A stretch of DNA of 64,000 bases, taken from positions 33,548-97,547 of the forward strand of contig CAYWPT010000001.1 of NCBI GenBank assembly GCA_964460605.1, given 5' to 3'. This DNA is from an uncultured Methanosarcinales archaeon (GTDB lineage Archaea; Nanobdellota; Nanobdellia; Woesearchaeales; GW2011-AR9). Shown in pieces: positions 39,517-50,158 of this stretch; within the stretch, counting starts at the first letter, position 1; every line of letters starts with the position of its first letter. The position numbers were made by a program, and so were the translations under genes. The notes below the pieces were generated by a model, which searched no databases, was not told the DNA's origin, and worked only from the letters and a program-made list of their open reading frames with translations.

Positions 39517-40317
39517 ATGGAAAAAGAACATAGTCACGAACATGGACATGATCATTCTCATCATGACCACAGCCATCATGATCACAAACACGATCATCAC
39601 AAAGCTACAAGTTCTAAAAATAAAGATAATGAAATAGTGACCATTAGTAAAGTAAGTTTATGGCAAGGAATCGCTGGAGTATTAGCAGTTCTACTTGTTA
39701 TCTCAATTATTACTGGCGGTTTTGGAGGAGGCTCAGGTATTGCAGCTCCTACTGGAAATGGTGGAAGTGCTCCAACCGGAAACGCTGGTGCAGATACTGA
39801 ATTTTATGCTGCGGACGATCCTATGAAAGGAGATCCTGACGCTCCAGTAACCATTGTAGAGTTTAGCGATTTTGAATGTCCATTCTGTGGAAGATTCTAT
39901 TCACAAACTTATGGTTTAATTGAACAAAATTACATTAACACAGGAAAAGCAAACATTGTTTTCAGAGACTTTCCTTTAAGCTTTCATCAACAAGCTACTC
40001 CAGCTGCTTTAGCTGCTGAATGTGCAGATGATCAAGGTAAATTCTGGGAATATCACGACTTAATTTTCGAAAATCAAGGGGCTTTAAGCGATGCAAGTTA
40101 TACCGCATGGGCTCAACAACTTGGTCTAGATATGAACGAGTTTGACTCCTGTTACACTAGTAGAAAACATTTGGCTGAAGTACAAGAAGACTTCCAAGAA
40201 GGAGGAGCCTTAGGGATTACTGGAACTCCTGGATTCTTTGTTAACGGAAGACTGATTTCAGGTGCTCAGCCTTATAGTGTTTTCGAAGCTGCTATTGAAG
40301 CTGCTTTGAATGGCTAG
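39517..40317 (+). CDS. DsbA-like thiol:disulfide oxidoreductase with His-rich N-terminus and TM anchor
   Basis: 'FSDFECPFCGRFY' CPFC thioredoxin-fold active site; N-terminal 'HSHEHGHDHSHHDHSHHDHKHDHH'; TM then Gly-rich linker. Confidence 0.75.
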   Translation: MEKEHSHEHGHDHSHHDHSHHDHKHDHHKATSSKNKDNEIVTISKVSLWQGIAGVLAVLLVISIITGGFGGGSGIAAPTGNGGSAPTGNAGADTEFYAADDPMKGDPDAPVTIVEFSDFECPFCGRFYSQTYGLIEQNYINTGKANIVFRDFPLSFHQQATPAALAAECADDQGKFWEYHDLIFENQGALSDASYTAWAQQLGLDMNEFDSCYTSRKHLAEVQEDFQEGGALGITGTPGFFVNGRLISGAQPYSVFEAAIEAALNG

Positions 40318-40386
40318 TCATTTATTTTTTTTCTTTATTTTATTGTTCAAGCAAAGTTTTAAAACCAGATACTTGTTTCTCTTACT

Positions 40387-40932
40387 GTGAAATTTTTAGA
40401 ATATAGGGATAATGCCGTCTCAGCTTTAAAAGAAGTTTATAGTAAACCATTGAATGGAGTTTTTAGTGGAGCTTTGTTCTTGAGTTTTCTTACTTTGAAC
40501 TTATTTATCTTTCAATACATTCAGTTGGGATCTTTAATCATTGAGCAACCATTAGTTTTTTTCAAAAGTTATTTGTATACTTTGACTAATTTGCCTTTCT
40601 TGTCTATTGTTTCTACACTTTTGTTATCATTGTTATCAGGAGTTTTGATAGTAATGCTTATCTATGGCTATAGAAAAAATATGGCAATGAGTGCTGGTAA
40701 AAAAGGTGCTGCTGGAGCTTCTGGCAGTATTTTAGTTGGTTTATTAGCTCCTGCTTGTCCAAGTTGTGGTATTGGTGTTTTATCTGCTCTTGGGCTTGGT
40801 GGACTTGGTGCTGTGCTTCCTTTCGGTGGCCAAGAGATTGGAGTATTTGGAGTAATAATATTAATAGCATCCATTGTTTATGCGAGCAAACAGATAGTAG
40901 CTCCCGTGTGCAAGATAAAAAAGAAGCGTTAA
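40387..40932 (+). CDS. membrane protein with intramembrane CxxC (GTG start)
   Basis: 4 TMs; 'LAPACPSCGIGVLSALG' CxxC within a TM; lies between the DsbA-like and VKOR genes. Confidence 0.4.
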   Translation: MKFLEYRDNAVSALKEVYSKPLNGVFSGALFLSFLTLNLFIFQYIQLGSLIIEQPLVFFKSYLYTLTNLPFLSIVSTLLLSLLSGVLIVMLIYGYRKNMAMSAGKKGAAGASGSILVGLLAPACPSCGIGVLSALGLGGLGAVLPFGGQEIGVFGVIILIASIVYASKQIVAPVCKIKKKR

Positions 40933-40963
40933 GTTTATATTTGGGTTCTGATTTACAATTTTT

Positions 40964-41413
40964 ATGCTTACTAAGAAAAAATTATGGAAGTTTGTCATTG
41001 CATTAACTTTTATTGGAGCACTCGCTTCTGCATATTTGATTAAAGTAAAATATACAGGAAGTGGCTTTTGTGAAATTAATGCAAAATTTTCTTGTGATGT
41101 TGTAAATTCTAGTAAGTATAGTGAAATACTTGGAATTCCGGTTGCTTTATTAGGTGTAATTGCTTATCTCTTTATGGGACTAAGCGCTTATTTTAACTTG
41201 ACTGTTCGAAATTTTAAGAATAAATGGATGGCTAAGTTGTTTAGCTTTGAAGTATTGTTATACTTTGCTTTGATTTCCTTAACATTTACTTTGTATTTGA
41301 GTGGGATTGAATTTTTCGTTTTGAAGGCTTATTGTATATTATGTTTAACATCACAAGTTGCAATGCTTGGTATTGTTGGTAGTTTAGTATATATGAAGAA
41401 AAGATGGAAATGA
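40964..41413 (+). CDS. vitamin K epoxide reductase (VKOR) family protein
   Basis: loop Cys pair 'GFCEINAKFSCD' and TM active site 'AYCILC' in a ~150-aa 4-TM protein. Confidence 0.65.
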   Translation: MLTKKKLWKFVIALTFIGALASAYLIKVKYTGSGFCEINAKFSCDVVNSSKYSEILGIPVALLGVIAYLFMGLSAYFNLTVRNFKNKWMAKLFSFEVLLYFALISLTFTLYLSGIEFFVLKAYCILCLTSQVAMLGIVGSLVYMKKRWK

Positions 41414-41459
41414 AAAATGAAAACATTTTTCGTCCCATTAGAAATTTGGAGAATTTTAA

Positions 41460-41855
41460 ATGGAAATAAGTAGAGAAAGAATGATTTTAGCTGAGTCTAT
41501 CTTTTGGGCTCATGTATTGATTGTTATTCCTATCGTAGGATTATTTTTTGTTCCATTAAAAATTATGCCTGCACGTGATATTATTCATCTCTCTTATCTT
41601 GGTTTTATTATCTTCACGCAAGCTGGTTGGGGATTATTATTATTTGGTATGACAGGTCATTTTATGAACACTTGTCCGGTAACTACCTTTATGCAAAGTA
41701 TACGTGGTTATAAAATAAAAGATGTTGAGAATCATAAACATAGTTTTGTTGCAGAATTCTTTTCTCGTTATGGGATTACAAGTTTGAATAGTAAACGAGT
41801 TAATTATATGATGTTTACTGTGTTATTCTTTGCTACTATTCGGGTTGTGTTTTAG
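41460..41855 (+). CDS. hypothetical membrane protein
   Basis: 131 aa, 3-4 TMs. Confidence 0.35.
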   Translation: MEISRERMILAESIFWAHVLIVIPIVGLFFVPLKIMPARDIIHLSYLGFIIFTQAGWGLLLFGMTGHFMNTCPVTTFMQSIRGYKIKDVENHKHSFVAEFFSRYGITSLNSKRVNYMMFTVLFFATIRVVF

Positions 41856-42461
41856 AGATCTACATCATTGTAGATAATTACATCCACAACATCTCTTATT
41901 GGTAAGACATGTTCTTTATACATTGGTTCGATTGTTAAATCCCATTTTCTACTCTTCTCTACTTCTTCCAGCTCTAGTAACATCTCTTACAAGCCTTCTT
42001 TCTTTTCTCACAGCTTCAGGAGCATCAACGAAAACAAGCAAATCGATTACATCTCTCCACTCTTCCCTATGTGCGACAAAAAGACCCTGGGTTAGAGTAA
42101 CAAATTTTGCTTGAACTGGCACATAGCCTGTTCTTTTGCCTTGTTTAAAACAATATTCTGGTGCCATAATATCTCTTCCAGCACTTAAATCTAAGAAGTG
42201 TCCTCCATAAAGGTCAAGATCAAGAGAACTAGGATGATCATGATTAGTTATTCCTTCTGGACCGGGAATTCCTCCCAAGAAATATCCATCTTGAACATGA
42301 TAAGTTAGTGCAGCATTTGCAAGTCTTTCAGAAAGAAAATCTTTTCCTGATGCTGAGCCACCAACAATAGCTATAGTCTGCCTTGTACTAGAGGCTAATG
42401 CTTCTCTAATGTGAGCTTCAAGAAATCTATTACCTTCTACAAACTGGAATTCTCTTGCCAT
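41852..42461 (-). pseudogene. udk: uridine kinase with a frameshift near the 3' end
   Basis: P-loop 'IAIVGGSASGK', 'VFVDAPEAVRKERRLVRDVTRAGRSREE' then stop at 41949; the conserved Udk C-terminus 'KWDLTIEPMYKEHVLPIRDVVDVII' continues in another reading frame to a TAA at 41852. Confidence 0.6.
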
Positions 42462-42499
42462 AAAATTTTGTGGTAAATATCTTTTTTAAAGCTTATGAA

Positions 42500-43573
42500 T
42501 TATACAAAGAACTTAGGTTTTTCTTTTTTAAGAAGTGTTATTTGCCACTTTCTTAAAGCTGTTTTATCCTTTTTTACTATCAAAGATAACATTTGTTCTT
42601 TATTGATGATTAAGTGTCCTGGGATCTTTTGTTTCTCTGCAACCTTCTTTTGAATATCTTGTAATTGTTTAAATTTGAGCTTTTCTTCAGGGGTATGACG
42701 TTTAGATTCCTTTTTCTTTATTTCTACTGGATGTTTTCTTCCTTCCTCTACTGCTTGCTGGAATAAAGAAGCTCTTCTGTAAATAATTGGATGTACTCTT
42801 TTGATACGTTTCCAAACGTTTGGTGGACGTTGCGCAATTTCAAAGAGTCTTTTAGTTGAAATAATATGATGCACAGGCTCGTCCAACTCTTTTGCAATTT
42901 TTCTTCTTAGTTGGTATAATTTTTTAAGAATTCCAAGTTCTTTTGGGTTAAGTGTGTTCAATTTTTTAAGATCTTCAAACTTTTGTATCCTTAATTTGAA
43001 CTCTTTGTGTTCCAAAGAATCTAATTCTTGCTCAATCCATGCTAAACGTTTCTTTTCTTGTAGTTCTTTTTTGAGAATTTTGTATAATGGAATTAAATAT
43101 GAAGTATCTTTAGAAGCGTAAGAGAGCATTCCTACTGAAAGTGGTCTTCTAGTCCAATCTGCCTTTTGAAATTTACTCTCTTTATTTACTTTAAGATATT
43201 CTTCAAGTAATGAACCTAAACCAATGCTTTTTTTTCCTAACAATGAAGCTGCAATTTGAGTGTCAAAAAAATTTTTAGGTTTACAATCAAATTGTTTATC
43301 TAAAATTCTAAAATCAAATCCAATATCATGGAAGATTTTTTTGATGTTTGGGTTATGGAAGATTTTTATCAATTCTGGGATATCTTTTAGTTTGAGAATG
43401 TCAATAATCCAGTTTTTCTTTTCAGTAGAAATTTGTATTAATGAGATGTATACTCCAAAATGGTGCATATTGTTCTCACATTCTAAATCGATTGCTAGAA
43501 TTTTAGCTTTTTCCCAATCTTTAACTGCTTCTAAGAAATCCTCTTTTTGATCTATGAATGTGAATGTTGTCAT
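42500..43573 (-). CDS. RNase D-like 3'-5' exonuclease (DEDDy) with HRDC domain
   Basis: Exo I 'ILAIDLE', Exo II/III regions, C-terminal HRDC-like helical domain; basic tail. Confidence 0.65.
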   Translation of the reverse strand: MTTFTFIDQKEDFLEAVKDWEKAKILAIDLECENNMHHFGVYISLIQISTEKKNWIIDILKLKDIPELIKIFHNPNIKKIFHDIGFDFRILDKQFDCKPKNFFDTQIAASLLGKKSIGLGSLLEEYLKVNKESKFQKADWTRRPLSVGMLSYASKDTSYLIPLYKILKKELQEKKRLAWIEQELDSLEHKEFKLRIQKFEDLKKLNTLNPKELGILKKLYQLRRKIAKELDEPVHHIISTKRLFEIAQRPPNVWKRIKRVHPIIYRRASLFQQAVEEGRKHPVEIKKKESKRHTPEEKLKFKQLQDIQKKVAEKQKIPGHLIINKEQMLSLIVKKDKTALRKWQITLLKKEKPKFFV

Positions 43574-43612
43574 ATTGTAAATAGTGAAAGAAATGAGCTT
43601 TAAAAATCTTTA

Positions 43613-44041
43613 CTAGATTCTATCTTTGTATTTCTCTAAAAAGTGAGGAAATTGTGAGTGAAGAGGTTCTGGGAAATTATCTAAAGTAAACCAACCAATT
43701 TCATCACATTTGTGAGGCTCGCCAATCTTTACTTTATCCTTATCAATAAGAACTTTAAAATCTAAGGCAATCCAGTGAGTTTTTTTGCCATCATGTTCTC
43801 TATGTACATCTCTAAATCCAATATGTTCAATTTCTTTTACTTCTGTACAATATTCTTCTTCAATCTCTTTTTTGATGTTTTCTAAGATAGGCAAACCATG
43901 CTCTAGTGCTCCTGCACCTGGATCCCAAGTGCCATGCTCGTCTCTGCATTGCGCTGATCTTTTGCTCAGAAGATAATTACCTTCACCATCATGGCAGAGA
44001 AATACTGTAGTAACACCAGGATAATCAATGCCTTTTTTCAT
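43613..44041 (-). CDS. NUDIX hydrolase
   Basis: degenerate Nudix box 'GAGALEHGLPILENIKKEIEEEY'. Confidence 0.6.
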   Translation of the reverse strand: MKKGIDYPGVTTVFLCHDGEGNYLLSKRSAQCRDEHGTWDPGAGALEHGLPILENIKKEIEEEYCTEVKEIEHIGFRDVHREHDGKKTHWIALDFKVLIDKDKVKIGEPHKCDEIGWFTLDNFPEPLHSQFPHFLEKYKDRI

Positions 44042-44115
44042 AGAATTCTGTTGTAAGAACTTGTTTAAATGTATTTCTATAATTGAAGATATTAAAAAAA
44101 AAAGAAAAAATTGGC

Positions 44116-44517
44116 TTAAAACTTAGCCTTTCCAAAAACTTTTTTACCTAAAGCTAATTTTCCTGGACCGTAAGCACTAATCACTAAGAACACAGCTAAG
44201 TAAAGTAAAGCTGATTCTCCACCATTGGTGAATGGGTTAAATCCGTTTGAAAAGTGCACATAAGGGAAAGTTCCAATCATAATGATTGCACCAATAATTG
44301 CTCCAGATCTTGCAAAGATTCCTAAAACGATTGCTGCACCAACTAAGATCTCTAAAACTCCGATAATCCACATAAAACTCCATGCTGCTTGTGCTAACTT
44401 AGGTAATCCATGGTTAAAGAAAAATGCTCCAAAAACTAATCTTAAAAATACCAAAAAACCGTCAGCAGTCTTTTTTTGCCAATTGTTAAAAAATTTCTCA
44501 CATACTTCAAATGTCAT
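44116..44517 (-). CDS. DoxX-family membrane protein
   Basis: 4-TM 133-aa protein with the DoxX-like pattern 'FLRLVFGAFFFNHGLPKL'. Confidence 0.65.
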   Translation of the reverse strand: MTFEVCEKFFNNWQKKTADGFLVFLRLVFGAFFFNHGLPKLAQAAWSFMWIIGVLEILVGAAIVLGIFARSGAIIGAIIMIGTFPYVHFSNGFNPFTNGGESALLYLAVFLVISAYGPGKLALGKKVFGKAKF

Positions 44518-44582
44518 TTTAATATACCTCTCAAAATAATTTATAAGAATGAAAAATTGAAAAGAATTTAAACTTATCGTTA

Positions 44583-44945
44583 TTAGAAATAGTTTTCTAC
44601 TAAATATTTCATCCCTTCATATTCTCCTATTGTGGCCATGGCACCTATAGCTAAACCATAAACAAGACCGTTTGCATAGCTTCTAGCACTATCATCGTAT
44701 CTCAATACAATGTCAGAAGCACTTTTTGCCGCTATCCCCATTTGTACTGCTCCTGCTACAACCAATGAAGGGTTGGTCACCATAGGATCTATTTGTAATC
44801 CTGCTCCTTCAGCTATACCAATACCCATTGCTGATATTGCAGCAGATGGTAATGCGAATTTTGCTAAAAGCTCTAAGGGGAAATTTTTGTCTCCCGGAGT
44901 TCTAACCATTATACTATCTCTTCTTGTCTCTCTAACTCTATTCAT
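44583..44945 (-). CDS. hypothetical Gly/Ala-rich protein
   Basis: ORF with no motif I recognise. Confidence 0.3.
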   Translation of the reverse strand: MNRVRETRRDSIMVRTPGDKNFPLELLAKFALPSAAISAMGIGIAEGAGLQIDPMVTNPSLVVAGAVQMGIAAKSASDIVLRYDDSARSYANGLVYGLAIGAMATIGEYEGMKYLVENYF

Positions 44946-45105
44946 TTATTTTATCACTCCATTTATTGAAGCAATGCACAGAAAATACTCGATTTATAAA
45001 ACTTCTTATTAACGCTGAAGGTACAAGTAAATAAAGATAATAATACCTAAAACTAAGAGAAAATTTGCTGCAAGCATTGCAAAACGTGCAAGAAGAATTT
45101 TATCA

Positions 45106-45729
45106 CTAGCTTTCACTTTGGACTAGCCTCTCCTTGGTTTTTTTCAAACGAATAAAAGATTCACGCTCCATTTCAGCTAATTGTGCTTTAATGTTTTTCT
45201 CTACAGCTACTAACTCTGGAATTTTGATATATTCTAAAGCATTTACTCTTCGTTTTGTTTTTACAATTTCATCAGCTAACTTGAAGATTGTGTTTTCAAT
45301 CTCAGCTAATTTAAGTAAAGTGGGGAGTAATTGCACATAATTCTTTCTTGCATTCTCAACATATTGAGATAATCCTAAAAGTGAAACGTTTAATCCGTTC
45401 TCTTTTTCATCAATACTCAATTCTGCTACTTGCACGCCCATTAAATTCCTAGTAGTAAAAGAAACATTGCAAGTCTCATTAGTACTAAATGCTAAACTTT
45501 TTACTCTGTTTACACCACTTACCGCCTGAGCTACACGAAGTTCTTCGTAAGCTTCATCAAGACTTCTTTGCACATCTGCTTTAAGTGTTTTATAATCTTT
45601 GATAAGCTCAAAGAAAGTTCTAATTAAAGAATCTCTTTTCTTTTTCAAAAGTCCGTGGCCTTTTTGTGCAAGTTTCTTTTTAGCTTTAACACGTAATAAT
45701 TCCATACGTGTTGTAGGGTGCCCAGTCAT
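45106..45729 (-). CDS. atpD: A-type ATP synthase subunit D
   Basis: '[30 protein letters not shown]' is the typical subunit-D N-terminus. Confidence 0.9.
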   Translation of the reverse strand: MTGHPTTRMELLRVKAKKKLAQKGHGLLKKKRDSLIRTFFELIKDYKTLKADVQRSLDEAYEELRVAQAVSGVNRVKSLAFSTNETCNVSFTTRNLMGVQVAELSIDEKENGLNVSLLGLSQYVENARKNYVQLLPTLLKLAEIENTIFKLADEIVKTKRRVNALEYIKIPELVAVEKNIKAQLAEMERESFIRLKKTKERLVQSES

Positions 45730-47096
45730 GCTTGAATTGTCCTCAAATATTTTTCGATGTGTTCTTTTTTCACTTTCTTAAGCTCAGTTTTTGGTAATAT
45801 GCAAAGTAATTCCCAAGCAATTTTCAAAGTTTCTTCAACTTCTCTGTTCTCATAAAATCCTTGGTTAACAAATTCTCCTTCAAAAGCTTCTGCAAACTTC
45901 AAATATTGTTTATCAGTTTTGCTCAAACTACTTTCACCTACTACTGAGACTAATTGTCGTAATTCTAAACCGCGAGCATAAGCAGCATAAAGCTGATCAC
46001 TCACACCACCGTGGTCTTCTCGAGTTTTACCCTTACCAATTCCTGCGTTCATTAAACGAGATAAACTAGGTAATGGGTTTACTGGAGGGAACATCCCTTT
46101 TTTAAGCAAAGCTTTGTCTAAAACAATTTGTCCTTCAGTGATATACCCAGTTAAATCAGGGATTGGATGTGTAATGTCTCCTGCAGGCATGGTTAAGATA
46201 GGAATCTGAGTTACAGATCCTTTTGCTCCTTGCACCATTCCAGCTCTTTCGTAATTAGCAGCTAGATCTGTATACATGTAACCTGGATATCCTCTTCTTC
46301 CAGGAACTTCATTTCTTGCTGCAGAAATTTCTCTTAAAGCTTCACAATAGTTTGTGAAATCTGTTAATACTACAAGTACATGATAATCATGTTCGTAAGC
46401 CAAATATTCAGCAGTGGTTAAAGCTGCTCTTGGAGTAATAATCCTCTCAACACTTGGATCATCTGCCACATTCAAGAAAAGAACCGCGTTATCTAAAGCT
46501 CCTGTTTTTTTGAAATCGTCTACAAAAAACCGTGCTTCTTCATTAGTAATACCCATTGCTGCAAATACCACTACAAAATCTTCTCCTTTTACTTTAGCTT
46601 GCCTTACAATTTGAGCAGCTAATTCATTGTGTGGTAGACCTGATGCACTAAAGATAGGTAATTTTTGACCACGAACTAAGGTGTTCATACAATCAATAGT
46701 ACTAATACCAGTTTGAATAAACTGTGAAGATTTTTTTCTACTCGCTGGATTAATGGCAGCGCCGTTTACATCCAAATGTTTTTCAGCTACAAATTGTGTG
46801 CCATCTTTTGGATTTCCTAGACCGTCAAAAACTCTTCCGATCATTTCTTTAGAAACTCCTAATTCTGCTGTTTTACCAGTAAATTGTACCTTAGCGTTCA
46901 AATCAAGACCCATACTGTTCTCAAAGAGTTGTACAACTACTTTATCTTGAGCTGCGTCCAATACTTGACCGAACAATTCTCGATCATTTGATTTAATCTT
47001 ACAGATTTCCCCGTAAGCTACATCTTTTACTTTTTCTACAACAACCAATGGTCCTCTGATAGAACTTGTTGTTTTATACCAAGCTTGTGTTTTCAT
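45726..47096 (-). CDS. atpB: A-type ATP synthase subunit B
   Basis: non-catalytic B-subunit features ('[12 protein letters not shown]', '[13 protein letters not shown]'). Confidence 0.95.
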   Translation of the reverse strand: MKTQAWYKTTSSIRGPLVVVEKVKDVAYGEICKIKSNDRELFGQVLDAAQDKVVVQLFENSMGLDLNAKVQFTGKTAELGVSKEMIGRVFDGLGNPKDGTQFVAEKHLDVNGAAINPASRKKSSQFIQTGISTIDCMNTLVRGQKLPIFSASGLPHNELAAQIVRQAKVKGEDFVVVFAAMGITNEEARFFVDDFKKTGALDNAVLFLNVADDPSVERIITPRAALTTAEYLAYEHDYHVLVVLTDFTNYCEALREISAARNEVPGRRGYPGYMYTDLAANYERAGMVQGAKGSVTQIPILTMPAGDITHPIPDLTGYITEGQIVLDKALLKKGMFPPVNPLPSLSRLMNAGIGKGKTREDHGGVSDQLYAAYARGLELRQLVSVVGESSLSKTDKQYLKFAEAFEGEFVNQGFYENREVEETLKIAWELLCILPKTELKKVKKEHIEKYLRTIQA

Positions 47097-48835
47097 TGTT
47101 CTGCCTCCGCTACTGCAGCGCCAATTGTCTCTTTTGTTTTCGCTAACTTCTTTGAAGTAAATTCTTTATTTGGCATATATTTTAATCGAGCAATAAATTC
47201 TACAGATTCTGAAACTTGTAGTGCTTCAAGATCTAAAGTGTCTATTTTTCCTTTACATTTTTCATAGAATGCAAAGATTGCTTCTACCATTGCTAACTGC
47301 TTTTCAATCGGACAAAACATATCCACTTCATGGAAAGCATTTTGTTGCAAAAAGTCTTCTCGAATCATCTTTGCTACAAAAAGTAATAATTGCTGTTCTT
47401 TTGGTAAAGAATCTAAACCCACTAATTGTACAATTTCTTGTAATTCTGCTTCTTCTTGTAGAAGAGATTGTGTTTTCTCTCTAAGTAAATTCCAGTTTTT
47501 GGAGATGTTTTCTGAATACCAATCAGAGAGAACATCTTTGTATAAAGAATAAGACTCTAACCAATTGATCGCCCAATAATGTCTTTTATTAGCAAGACTA
47601 GAATCTAATGCCCAGAAACATTTTGCTATTCTTAAAGTATTTTGAGTAACAGGTTCTGAGAAATCTCCCCCTGGAGGACTTACTGCACCGATAACAGAAA
47701 TACTTCCTTCATCACCACCTAAAGTTTCAACAATTCCTGCTCTTTCATAAAATTCTGCAAGTCTTTTTGCTAAGTAAGCTGGATAACCTTCTTCACCAGG
47801 CATTTCTTCTAATCTTCCTGAAATTTCTCTCATAGCTTCAGCCCAACGACTTGTTGAATCTGCCATTAAAGCTACTGCGAATCCTTGGTCTCTGAAATAT
47901 TCTGCTAGAGTAATTCCAGTATAGACACTTGCCTCACGTGCAGCCACTGGCATGTTCGAAGTGTTTGCGATAAGAATAGTACGCTTCATTAATGCTTCAC
48001 CAGATTTAGGATCTTTTAGGTGTGGAAATTCTTCTAAAACTTCAACCATCTCGTTTCCACGTTCACCACAACCAACATAAACTATAATATCCGCATCGCA
48101 CCATTTTGCAAAAGATTGTTGTGTAACTGTTTTTCCACAACCAAAAGGTCCAGGAATTGCTGCTACTCCGCCTTTTGCAACAGGGAAAAGAAAATCAAAA
48201 ACTCTTTGTCCAGAAATTAATGGTTTTGAGATTCCTAACCTTTTTCCGGTTGGTCTTGCTCTTCGTACTGGCCATTCTTGTGCTAATTTAATTTCTTTAT
48301 CGCCAACTTTTCCGATTACATCTTTGAGAGTAAATTCTCCTGGTCGTAATCCTGAAATTTTTCCACTGAATCCAGGTGGGACTAAAATTTTGTGAGTGAT
48401 TACTGTGTTTTCTTCAACTTCTCCAATAATTTGTCCTTGTTCAACTTGAGTATTATTTTTCACAGTCGGTGTAAATGTCCAGACTTTTTCCATATCTAGC
48501 GAAGGTAGATCAATACCTTTCTTGATGAAAATACCACTTTTTTCTTTGATAACTTCTAATGGTCTTTGTGTACCATCAAATACTTGTGCTAGTAATCCTG
48601 GGCCTAAAGTAACTGAGAGTGGACTGTGTGTGTTTACAATGGGCTCACCAGGTTTAATTCCGGTGGTTTCTTCATATACTTGTACAACTTTTTCTTTGCC
48701 ACGTAGCTCAATGATTTCTCCTAAAAGAGCATCATTACCTACCTTAACTACATCATTTATTGCCCCATCTACTTCAGCGTAGACAACAGGACCTGAAATT
48801 CTTTTAATTATACCTTTGCTTTTCTTCATTGTCAT
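47093..48835 (-). CDS. atpA: A-type ATP synthase catalytic subunit A
   Basis: Walker A 'GPFGCGKTV', '[18 protein letters not shown]'; at 580 aa there is no room for an intein. Confidence 0.95.
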   Translation of the reverse strand: MTMKKSKGIIKRISGPVVYAEVDGAINDVVKVGNDALLGEIIELRGKEKVVQVYEETTGIKPGEPIVNTHSPLSVTLGPGLLAQVFDGTQRPLEVIKEKSGIFIKKGIDLPSLDMEKVWTFTPTVKNNTQVEQGQIIGEVEENTVITHKILVPPGFSGKISGLRPGEFTLKDVIGKVGDKEIKLAQEWPVRRARPTGKRLGISKPLISGQRVFDFLFPVAKGGVAAIPGPFGCGKTVTQQSFAKWCDADIIVYVGCGERGNEMVEVLEEFPHLKDPKSGEALMKRTILIANTSNMPVAAREASVYTGITLAEYFRDQGFAVALMADSTSRWAEAMREISGRLEEMPGEEGYPAYLAKRLAEFYERAGIVETLGGDEGSISVIGAVSPPGGDFSEPVTQNTLRIAKCFWALDSSLANKRHYWAINWLESYSLYKDVLSDWYSENISKNWNLLREKTQSLLQEEAELQEIVQLVGLDSLPKEQQLLLFVAKMIREDFLQQNAFHEVDMFCPIEKQLAMVEAIFAFYEKCKGKIDTLDLEALQVSESVEFIARLKYMPNKEFTSKKLAKTKETIGAAVAEAEQ

Positions 48836-49133
48836 TCCTCATTACTATTCCTAATGTTTCTAAAACTAAATTATCAATCTCTTTATTGCTATCTCCCACA
48901 ATTTTTTCTGGGATGCTCACGAAAAACTTTCCTCGAGCTAAACTATGATTTTTTACTTTTTTGTGAAGGGACTCGTTCACTAAAAGAATACTTACATCAC
49001 GCAGATGTTCCAATGCTTTTGTGATTTCTTCATCTTTTGCTTCTCTATTTATCTCAGCTATGTGTTTTACACCAGCTAAACCAAATCCAATAATATCATC
49101 CTCATATCCAATGATTCCTATTTCTTCTTTCAT
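48804..49133 (-). CDS. atpF: A-type ATP synthase subunit F
   Basis: '[18 protein letters not shown]' is the typical F-subunit N-terminus. Confidence 0.8.
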   Translation of the reverse strand: MKEEIGIIGYEDDIIGFGLAGVKHIAEINREAKDEEITKALEHLRDVSILLVNESLHKKVKNHSLARGKFFVSIPEKIVGDSNKEIDNLVLETLGIVMRNDNEEKQRYN

Positions 49134-50158
49134 GCGAGCACCTCTTTGATTTTCTCTGTGCTAAAATTATGATATTTCATCTTCAATAAAATGTTCAAGT
49201 TTCTTGTATTATTAGTTTTAAGAATAATATAACCAATAAGTGATGCTTCAGATAAAGGGTTACGCGCCATGAAGGCTTTCCCATCTGCTAACAATCTTCT
49301 ATACAAGTCTCTTTCTACACATTCTTTCTTTTTTGAATCTATTTTGTAGCCTTCTTCTTGTAACTTTTTTACTAATTCTTCTACAGACATTCCTTTTTGA
49401 AGTTCTTCAATGTGTAGATAACCACCGGGAATGATCGCTTCTTGATGTTTGAGTATTAAACCTACATTGTGTGAGTCAATAAGCATTTTCACATATTCTC
49501 TTGCTTCTCTACTTTTTGCATAGTAGAGCAATCTTTTGAATAAAAGTAAATCTAAATCTTCTTCAAAAGCTTTGAAATGATTCTTTTGAATTTCTTCATA
49601 ATGTTTTTTGAGAATATCGTAATAGATACTCCCTTTGAGTTCATTTTCTAATTCTTCTAAAGTGATTTGACGTTTTGCTAAAAATTCTCTAGAAAATACT
49701 TCAGAGAGATGATAAATGTCTTGTTTGTTGTACAATTTGAGATTAATTGAACGTACTACACTTTTGATCAGACTAATGTCATACCTTGATAAAAATACAG
49801 ACAAAAATTTCTGTGATTGTTCTGGGCTGATTCTTTTTACTTTGATCAATGTCTTTACTAATTCTGTTCTCAGGGCAGTATCAACACTTGCGTAAGAAAA
49901 GTCTGCTGCTAAATATTTCCCTAAACCTTTGAAAGTCTTTTTTTCTAATGAATAAATAATATCGTTGTAAGGTCTGTTGAAATATTCATCGAACTCTTCA
50001 ATTTTTACTAATTTAGATCTCATTGCTCGAAGTCTTGCGTTAGTGTAAGCATAAGGATAAATACCAACTAGTGTTTTGAATACTGGGATAAGTGCAGCTA
50101 TAAATAGTACAAACAATCCTGCTAAAAGTACCCCGATAAGCACTAATTCATCAACCAT
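49130..50158 (-). CDS. atpC: A-type ATP synthase subunit C
   Basis: 'YPYAYTNARLRAMRSKL' C(d)-subunit signature; 342 aa. Confidence 0.8.
   Translation of the reverse strand: MVDELVLIGVLLAGLFVLFIAALIPVFKTLVGIYPYAYTNARLRAMRSKLVKIEEFDEYFNRPYNDIIYSLEKKTFKGLGKYLAADFSYASVDTALRTELVKTLIKVKRISPEQSQKFLSVFLSRYDISLIKSVVRSINLKLYNKQDIYHLSEVFSREFLAKRQITLEELENELKGSIYYDILKKHYEEIQKNHFKAFEEDLDLLLFKRLLYYAKSREAREYVKMLIDSHNVGLILKHQEAIIPGGYLHIEELQKGMSVEELVKKLQEEGYKIDSKKKECVERDLYRRLLADGKAFMARNPLSEASLIGYIILKTNNTRNLNILLKMKYHNFSTEKIKEVLA

Noticed and set aside
47093-48835. Intein in atpA or other large genes (gyrA, hef)
   Set aside because: The lengths are canonical (580, 849, 756 aa) and I saw no intein block motifs or extra insertions
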